A DNA stretch of 64,000 bases from contig CAZLNZ010000005.1 in assembly GCA_964561145.1 (NCBI GenBank), positions 3,449 to 67,448 of the forward strand. Direction: 5' to 3'. Positions within the stretch are counted from its first letter, which is position 1. Each line of letters begins with the position of its first letter. Source of the DNA: an uncultured Christensenellaceae bacterium. Lineage in GTDB: Bacteria > Bacillota > Clostridia > Christensenellales > CAG-1252. The notes beneath the pieces were generated by a model. It had not been told where the DNA came from and did not search any database. It saw only the letters and a list, made by a program, of their open reading frames with translations. Shown piece after piece: positions 49,561 through 55,703 of this stretch. The translations under genes were made by a program, and so were the position numbers.

Positions 49561-49572
49561 AGGAGTAAAACA

Positions 49573-52506
49573 ATGAAATCATCGGTGAAAGCTTTAATTT
49601 CAATAAGTTTAACAGCGGCGTGTATCGTTTTGATATTCGTCTACTCCTTTGCTTGGTTCACGGCATCTAATACCCATGTTGAAGCAAATGGCGGTATGTT
49701 TAGTGCCGCAGGTGCCGGTGAAACTGTAGGTGAGTTAACACTTGGCGGTGTTATGAACCTTAAAGAGGATGGCGAGTACAGCGGACAAACGGGAGAATAC
49801 TATTACTATTATGTTCTTTCTCCCGATGATCCCGCTTATACTTACATCGATACCGATAGTGAGACAGAGGGTATTCAATATCTCACAAAGGAGTTTACCA
49901 CATACGATATATCTGTAAATATTTATGCAGAGAAGGAGTATGAGGGTATTTATACGACTACCGAGGGGAATGTAATAAATGTTCTCAATCAAGATATGAC
50001 CCACACTGTAATCGACTCTTCCTCCGGTACAACCTACTATACCGTCTATTCCGATTCGAATGAGATTTTATATACGACGGATCCTTTATTAACGGGACAA
50101 GCAAAATATGCTGTAAGAAAGATAACAGTTGATTACTCCGAGGAAAATCCGATTACAACTGTAAAATATCTTTCGGGGAATACTTCTCTTGTAGCTTATG
50201 GTGTATATACAAGAAAGCAATATCAAGGAATATCGGAAACTTACAGAACCATTATGACCTTTAAGGGCACCGCAAAGAGTGTGGAGGAGGATGGTAGCTG
50301 GATTATTAGCAATATAGACGGAACTAAAACAATAGTATCCGATCCTCAGGGCGATAATCCTATAATAAGAATAGTTAATGATTTTGGCGGAGAGTTGTTC
50401 GTGCAGGACGAATTCACTATAATCGAGTTATCCGAGGGTGATATTCCTACCACATCTGTAATTCGTAACGGATTAGCTTTAGATGTGGCTTCATATATAA
50501 TGTATTGTGAAGGTGTAGAGGAGATTACCGAGGGTGATGCTCGTATTATCACTAATTCCGACGGAACCACCACAAAGATTGTGGGAATGGATTTGAACGA
50601 GGACGGAATATATGATCAAACACGCTATGAGATATATAGCGGAGACGTATTACTTTTCTCTCAAATAAAAGGGGAAAGTGATAGCGATAGCTACAAAATA
50701 ACTATTCGTGAGAATAAGAATACCCCGCCTACAACCATCGTGGATATCGGAGATAGGATTACTACCACCAAGTATCGCATTATCTTGAATAAGGATGGTA
50801 CTACAACCTACTATAACACAATGTCCCCCTATAGCTATGCTGTATATGCCGAGGATAATACCTTATTGTACTCCTCGAGCAATGACGAGTTATCTAAAAC
50901 AAGTATTTCTATAGACGATGAATTGTGTACAACCGTAATGCTAGAGGGCTCGATTATTAACGGAGCGACCATTGTTTATAAGCATTATGAGAAGGTTGGA
51001 CAAAAGACCTATGTTACCGAAACAATAGGAACATATGATTTAGAAGACGATATCTACTCTTATGTTGTCTATGATCGTAAGGGAAACGTAAAGTATGATT
51101 CTTTAAATTCAGACATTTCCATTGATCCCTCTTCCGTTATCGGCTATGCCGTAACAAACAGCAGTTCTCTAGACAATGCTTATAGGTTTACGAAAAAGTT
51201 TACCGTAAAAATAACCGTTCCTACAGGAAGAGAATTCAACTTATATTGTACCGCTCTTTCAATAGGTTTGGTAGGTGAGTATGAATTGGACATCGCTCCC
51301 GATGATTTGAGAAGTACCGGAAGGGCATTTTGTACATATATCACCATTACCGAGGAGGAAAAGGACGATAATCGGGAAGAGACTTCTCAACAGGGCGAAG
51401 AAGATAACGAAGAAGACGCTTCAGAAGGCGAAGATAATAAGGCTGTAACTAAGATTTATCTGTTTGGTCTTGAGGAGGATACCAAGATAACCTCCTTTAC
51501 CGATGAAAGCGGAGTAACGAAAACAACATATATTGTAAATAATTATGATAACAGCATTACTACTGCGATATATGAGGATGGTGTTTTAGTATCCTTAAAG
51601 GTTGTTGGCGGTCCCGATCCCGACAATCCTTACAATTATACTTTAGATACTGAAAACGTAAGCTTAACTTTTAACCCGAGTAAGATTATATCTTATGTTG
51701 ATCCTTCAACGCTTTTAAGAGATTTTTATTGGGAATTGGCACTTCCTCTTGAAGGAGGCTATGGGTTATTAACAGATAGCGAAGAGGATGCTTTTCTTTT
51801 TGAAAAATGGAAGAACGGGTCTGAGGGTTATGAAGATATCTATGTAAAAACAGACGGTGGATACGAATCCATAAAATATGAACAACCTACTTTTTCCGGA
51901 TTGTATTATTGTGAGTTCGAAGAGGCAGATTCATATATTGAAGGAGAAAGGTATTTCAGCTATAATTCAAGTATATATTACTATCTACCGATTAAATCAC
52001 AGAGTGAGTTTGACAATGCCTATCAAAACAATGGCAATAAACTTTATAAACTAATAGGCGGTTCAATTGATAACTCTCTTTCTGTATCGGATTATGTAAA
52101 AGTATTCAAAGGTGAAAAAATATTTACAAAGGGAATCGGTAGCGACGGTAATCCGTTCTTTATGTTGCAAAACGATGAATATATAAGCAATTTCAAACTG
52201 TATAAGAAGGAAGTCGATTATTATAAAACCTTCTATCCCGGTGCCAACGGAAAGCTGGTTGATGAGAGCGGCGAAGCGTTTGTCCTCAAGGAAACCACGA
52301 TATTTGAGGATTGTAGTTTAACCTTGTATTTCCTTGACGGAGCAAGCTTGGATAAACTTGATGAAGTAGAATATGGTTTTGATTTCGATAACAATTATTA
52401 TGTAGTAAATCAAAGCCAAGTAAAGCCCTTTCAATACAGTGATATTGAATTCATGGGTACCAGATTTATGCTAGAGTTCGACGTATTCGGCGGACAGTCA
52501 AACTAA
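49573..52506 (+). CDS. 977-aa exported/membrane-anchored protein of unknown function, with a SipW-type-like N-terminus
   Basis: ATG lies 7 nt after AAGGAG (49560-49565) and 12 nt after the giant gene's stop. The N-terminus is MKSSVKALISISLTAACIVLIFVYSFAWFTASNTHVEANGGMFSAAG: a basic n-region, a hydrophobic core, then the motif F-A-W-F-T-A-S. The protein has Tyr/Thr-rich beta-type sequence, an acidic linker EEEKDDNREETSQQGEEDNEEDASEGEDNK (51352-51441), and a C-terminal ...GTRFMLEFDVFGGQSN. Confidence 0.85.
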   Translation: MKSSVKALISISLTAACIVLIFVYSFAWFTASNTHVEANGGMFSAAGAGETVGELTLGGVMNLKEDGEYSGQTGEYYYYYVLSPDDPAYTYIDTDSETEGIQYLTKEFTTYDISVNIYAEKEYEGIYTTTEGNVINVLNQDMTHTVIDSSSGTTYYTVYSDSNEILYTTDPLLTGQAKYAVRKITVDYSEENPITTVKYLSGNTSLVAYGVYTRKQYQGISETYRTIMTFKGTAKSVEEDGSWIISNIDGTKTIVSDPQGDNPIIRIVNDFGGELFVQDEFTIIELSEGDIPTTSVIRNGLALDVASYIMYCEGVEEITEGDARIITNSDGTTTKIVGMDLNEDGIYDQTRYEIYSGDVLLFSQIKGESDSDSYKITIRENKNTPPTTIVDIGDRITTTKYRIILNKDGTTTYYNTMSPYSYAVYAEDNTLLYSSSNDELSKTSISIDDELCTTVMLEGSIINGATIVYKHYEKVGQKTYVTETIGTYDLEDDIYSYVVYDRKGNVKYDSLNSDISIDPSSVIGYAVTNSSSLDNAYRFTKKFTVKITVPTGREFNLYCTALSIGLVGEYELDIAPDDLRSTGRAFCTYITITEEEKDDNREETSQQGEEDNEEDASEGEDNKAVTKIYLFGLEEDTKITSFTDESGVTKTTYIVNNYDNSITTAIYEDGVLVSLKVVGGPDPDNPYNYTLDTENVSLTFNPSKIISYVDPSTLLRDFYWELALPLEGGYGLLTDSEEDAFLFEKWKNGSEGYEDIYVKTDGGYESIKYEQPTFSGLYYCEFEEADSYIEGERYFSYNSSIYYYLPIKSQSEFDNAYQNNGNKLYKLIGGSIDNSLSVSDYVKVFKGEKIFTKGIGSDGNPFFMLQNDEYISNFKLYKKEVDYYKTFYPGANGKLVDESGEAFVLKETTIFEDCSLTLYFLDGASLDKLDEVEYGFDFDNNYYVVNQSQVKPFQYSDIEFMGTRFMLEFDVFGGQSN

Positions 52507-52516
52507 GGAGGAGTAT

Positions 52517-53371
52517 ATGAACAGAAAAGCGATGCTAATCACTTCAGCTTTATTGTGTACGGTTATCTGCGGATTGATAATCGGCTTTTCTCTTGCTTGG
52601 TTTAGTATCGACCTTCGTGCCGGAACAGATAGCTTAACTTTTAATATATCTTCTGATATAGAAATGGTTGTAGCTTTTGCCCCCGATGATTTAAAAATTA
52701 ATTTAACCCCCGCAAAGGCAAATAAAGGTGCCGTTGCTGCCGGCTTAACCATAGGCGAGGGTGCCGACGTTTTGACGACAAATCAAGATAAGTATATCGA
52801 CGAACCGGCAACGATAGGTGTAGCCAAAGCATCGATGTTATATCTTGGTTCTTCGGGAGGTGTTTCATCGAACTATCGAATGAAGGTTTCTTGCGGAATG
52901 TATACAGGCGAAACGGGCGGAGTGAATATTGCAAGCGATATTAATTACATGGTTTTTGCTTGTGGTACAGGCTTTATAATGGATGATGCATGGCTCTTGG
53001 GTAACGTAGAAAACTCAAAGGTTAGAGAGATAAATTCACAATATCGTACGAGAATAGAAGAGGAAATTTACGACGAACAATCAAAACAGTTTGTATCCTA
53101 CAATTTCCAAAATGATATAAATGATAATGCGTATTATCTATTGGATACCAATATAAAAAGCCCCTCCTTATTAAAGGAATTTGGCATAAAGGGCGTGTGG
53201 AATAACGGTGAACTTGCACAGTCGAGCTATACGATTGTTCAAGAAAAAATGAATTTCCAATTTTTGGTAATAGCGTGGTATAATCGGGTTGACGAGCTGT
53301 TAGATCCTGAAATACAAGCATCGGACATTATAGTTATTTCATTGGGTATCTCAAAGGACGGAGGAAACTGA
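52517..53371 (+). CDS. 284-aa exported protein, TasA/camelysin-like in size and N-terminal motif (hypothesis)
   Basis: ATG follows AAGGAGGAG (52505-52513) and lies 10 nt after the upstream stop. The N-terminus is MNRKAMLITSALLCTVICGLIIGFSLAWFSIDLRAGTDSLTFNISS. The C-terminal part ...MNFQFLVIAWYN... recalls the alternating beta pattern at the end of TasA-family proteins. Confidence 0.8.
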   Translation: MNRKAMLITSALLCTVICGLIIGFSLAWFSIDLRAGTDSLTFNISSDIEMVVAFAPDDLKINLTPAKANKGAVAAGLTIGEGADVLTTNQDKYIDEPATIGVAKASMLYLGSSGGVSSNYRMKVSCGMYTGETGGVNIASDINYMVFACGTGFIMDDAWLLGNVENSKVREINSQYRTRIEEEIYDEQSKQFVSYNFQNDINDNAYYLLDTNIKSPSLLKEFGIKGVWNNGELAQSSYTIVQEKMNFQFLVIAWYNRVDELLDPEIQASDIIVISLGISKDGGN

Positions 53372-53373
53372 TT

Positions 53374-55695
53374 ATGATAAAAGCTTCAAGACAAACAATA
53401 ACCATCGTGTGTATAGTAGTTGCAATTGTATTGGTTGTATCCTCTGTAAGTATCGGTTTAGCCTATTGGTCACAACAGATTAAGGCAAATACCAGCTTTT
53501 CCGATAATGCCGACTTCAATGCTTCGGAACGTGATTTGATTTTTCAGCCCTTGGATTCGAATAGAGAACTAATAAACTTTCAATCTTATGATCCTGCAAT
53601 TCACGGAAGTCTAGAGTATTCCTCCTTGACTGAAACCGAGATTATGCTTTATTACAGCGAAAATGCGGGACAAACCGGAAAAATGGCAACACATGAACAG
53701 ATTAAGAGTGCAAAGGAAGACTTTGATCTGAACGGTAATTATAGCGGATTGTATGTGTCGGGAGATCCGATTTTGTATAATCAAGATATTCACGGAAGTT
53801 TGCGTTACAGCTCTTATACCTCTTCGGGTATGCAAATCTATTCTTCCGAAGATATGCCAGCTAGCGATTATGATATAGCCAGCTATTTCAAAGGGGAGAT
53901 CTATTCTTATCTTGTATATGATAACGGATATGTATCCTATGATCCTAACATTGCAAGTGATGTAAAAAAATACGGATATTTGTATTATAACAGCGAAACA
54001 GAAACAGATTCGGAAACCGGTTACGAACTGAGAGTTTTAATAGATGGCAGCTATATGGTTGTTACTCGCAGTACATGTCCCAAGCTCGATAAATTATATG
54101 TTACCACTTTTGTTCAATACGATCCGACCTATAACGGTCAAATAGTTCATAGCAAGCAAACCTCATTGGGCTATACCCTTTATTACAGCGAGGATTACGT
54201 TGAAAACGGACAGGTTATGTCAATTGCCATAACCAGAGCTCCTTACCAAACACAGTATGCCGTAAACGAGCCTCTAAATACCACAGGTCTAATTGTTACC
54301 GCGACCTATGAGGATTCCTCGGAGCGTGCAGTTTACGGTTATACCTGCTCAGGCTATACTACAGCAGATTTAGGGCAAGCTACCGTCACTGTAACTTATA
54401 GAGGTAAGACTGCAAGCTTCGATATCGAAATCGTCAACTTTAATTATATTTATTTTGACTGTCTGGATGGTGATTGGTGGTACGAGGACGATGCAATAAC
54501 AAAATGTAAACTTACCTTTGATGACGGGACCACAGACTCTGAGGAAGCATTGGGTGAAGTTATGTCAAAGCAAGAAAAGGGTTTGAAATTGTTTTATACA
54601 AGATATGCTGATAACAAAACAGTTAGCTCCGTTATCATTAACAGAATCAATCCTGCAAATGAAAATGTGGTTTGGGATGAGGCTGTAAGCCTTGCAGATA
54701 ATGAATACTCCTTGGAAAACAACTTGTTAAGGCTTAACGGTGTATCCTCCGCCGAGTGGGTCGCTTATGAAAGCGAAAAGAATTATGTTTATATGGATGT
54801 TGGCTCAGACCACAGAGAACTTGGTGCCTCTGATTCAGGCTGGCTTCAAGACGGAGCCGGTGTATATTGTTATATTGTTTATGATGGTGGAGATGAAAAT
54901 GCTTCTTTCCCCGGAGAACGAATGGAGGAAAGGAAGATATCTTCTGTAAATAGCATTCTCCGTCTTTATGTCGGCACAAAAGCAGTTACAAAGATCGTAT
55001 TTGTAAGATGCTCTACTCAAAATCCTGAATTGGAAGAGAATCAATACAATCGTACAGGTGATCTTTCTTATGACCGAGACTATAACGTCTTTTCCTTTAC
55101 CGATTACAATAGTTTCAGCTCATTCTCCTATGAATGGCTGAATATAGAGGGGAATCCCAATCTAAGCGAGGCAGGCGGAGAAGGGGAGGCAAGTGTTACG
55201 GGGAAATGTACCCTTACCGAGTTCCACGTTGCTCTTGAGAATGAGATAGTAGAGGGATACAATTTATATGTAGGCGGCAATATTGTTGCTTTTGCGGTTG
55301 TAGGCTATTCCGGTACGGTTTCTGATGTCATTATTCCTGCTACACATAAATCCGACAATCTGGCTAAAGAGTATGACGTTGTAATGATCGGTGCAAGTCC
55401 CGATTATCCTAACCAGTCTATGGGCGGCAATGCTTTGATTACCTCCTTAGTTATAGGTGCAAATGTAGATACCATTGCCGATGCAGCCTTTAGATCAATG
55501 GATAATCTTGTCAAAGTAACGGTAAACGGTGTCGGACGTCTCGAACTTGGACGGTATTGCTTTGCAGGTTGTTCAAAGCTTAGCGTGGTATCCTCAGGGA
55601 AAACCCTCTATGATTATGAAGGTAAGATGATTACTAACGACAATGCAAGGAACAATGCCTTCTTTGCTTGCATTAACGTTATAATTGAAGATTAA
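53374..55695 (+). CDS. 773-aa exported multidomain protein: SipW-type-like N-terminus, Tyr-rich modules, Big_3-type Ig-like domain, two CBM25/26-like modules, BspA-type LRR
   Basis: ATG lies 2 nt after the upstream TGA, with GGAGG at 53360-53364. The N-terminus is MIKASRQTITIVCIVVAIVLVVSSVSIGLAYWSQQIKAN. A Big_3-like segment, ITRAPYQTQYAVNEPLNTTGLIVTATYEDSSERAVYGYTCSGYTTADLGQATVTVTYRGKTASFDIEIV, occupies 54229-54435. The C-terminal sequence ...VSDVIIPATH...GNALITSLVIGANVDTIADAAFRSMDNLVKVTVNG...LGRYCFAGCSKLSVV is typical of the BspA-type LRR (LRR_5). Confidence 0.85.
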   Translation: MIKASRQTITIVCIVVAIVLVVSSVSIGLAYWSQQIKANTSFSDNADFNASERDLIFQPLDSNRELINFQSYDPAIHGSLEYSSLTETEIMLYYSENAGQTGKMATHEQIKSAKEDFDLNGNYSGLYVSGDPILYNQDIHGSLRYSSYTSSGMQIYSSEDMPASDYDIASYFKGEIYSYLVYDNGYVSYDPNIASDVKKYGYLYYNSETETDSETGYELRVLIDGSYMVVTRSTCPKLDKLYVTTFVQYDPTYNGQIVHSKQTSLGYTLYYSEDYVENGQVMSIAITRAPYQTQYAVNEPLNTTGLIVTATYEDSSERAVYGYTCSGYTTADLGQATVTVTYRGKTASFDIEIVNFNYIYFDCLDGDWWYEDDAITKCKLTFDDGTTDSEEALGEVMSKQEKGLKLFYTRYADNKTVSSVIINRINPANENVVWDEAVSLADNEYSLENNLLRLNGVSSAEWVAYESEKNYVYMDVGSDHRELGASDSGWLQDGAGVYCYIVYDGGDENASFPGERMEERKISSVNSILRLYVGTKAVTKIVFVRCSTQNPELEENQYNRTGDLSYDRDYNVFSFTDYNSFSSFSYEWLNIEGNPNLSEAGGEGEASVTGKCTLTEFHVALENEIVEGYNLYVGGNIVAFAVVGYSGTVSDVIIPATHKSDNLAKEYDVVMIGASPDYPNQSMGGNALITSLVIGANVDTIADAAFRSMDNLVKVTVNGVGRLELGRYCFAGCSKLSVVSSGKTLYDYEGKMITNDNARNNAFFACINVIIED

Positions 55696-55703
55696 TTGAA
55701 AAG

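Noticed and set aside
1-49560. CRISPR array, DGR variable region, IS elements or other mobile DNA as the source of the repetitiveness
   Set aside because: The repeats are in-frame protein domains of 75-120 aa, degenerate at the DNA level. There is no short direct-repeat/spacer structure, no terminal inverted repeats, and no transposase or reverse-transcriptase ORFs in the window.
48511-49560. C-terminal sortase (LPXTG) or TM anchor of the giant protein
   Set aside because: I read the last ~350 aa and found no LPXTG-like motif followed by a hydrophobic segment and basic tail, and no hydrophobic run of 18 aa or more. This is reported as a finding (absence of an anchor), not as a feature.
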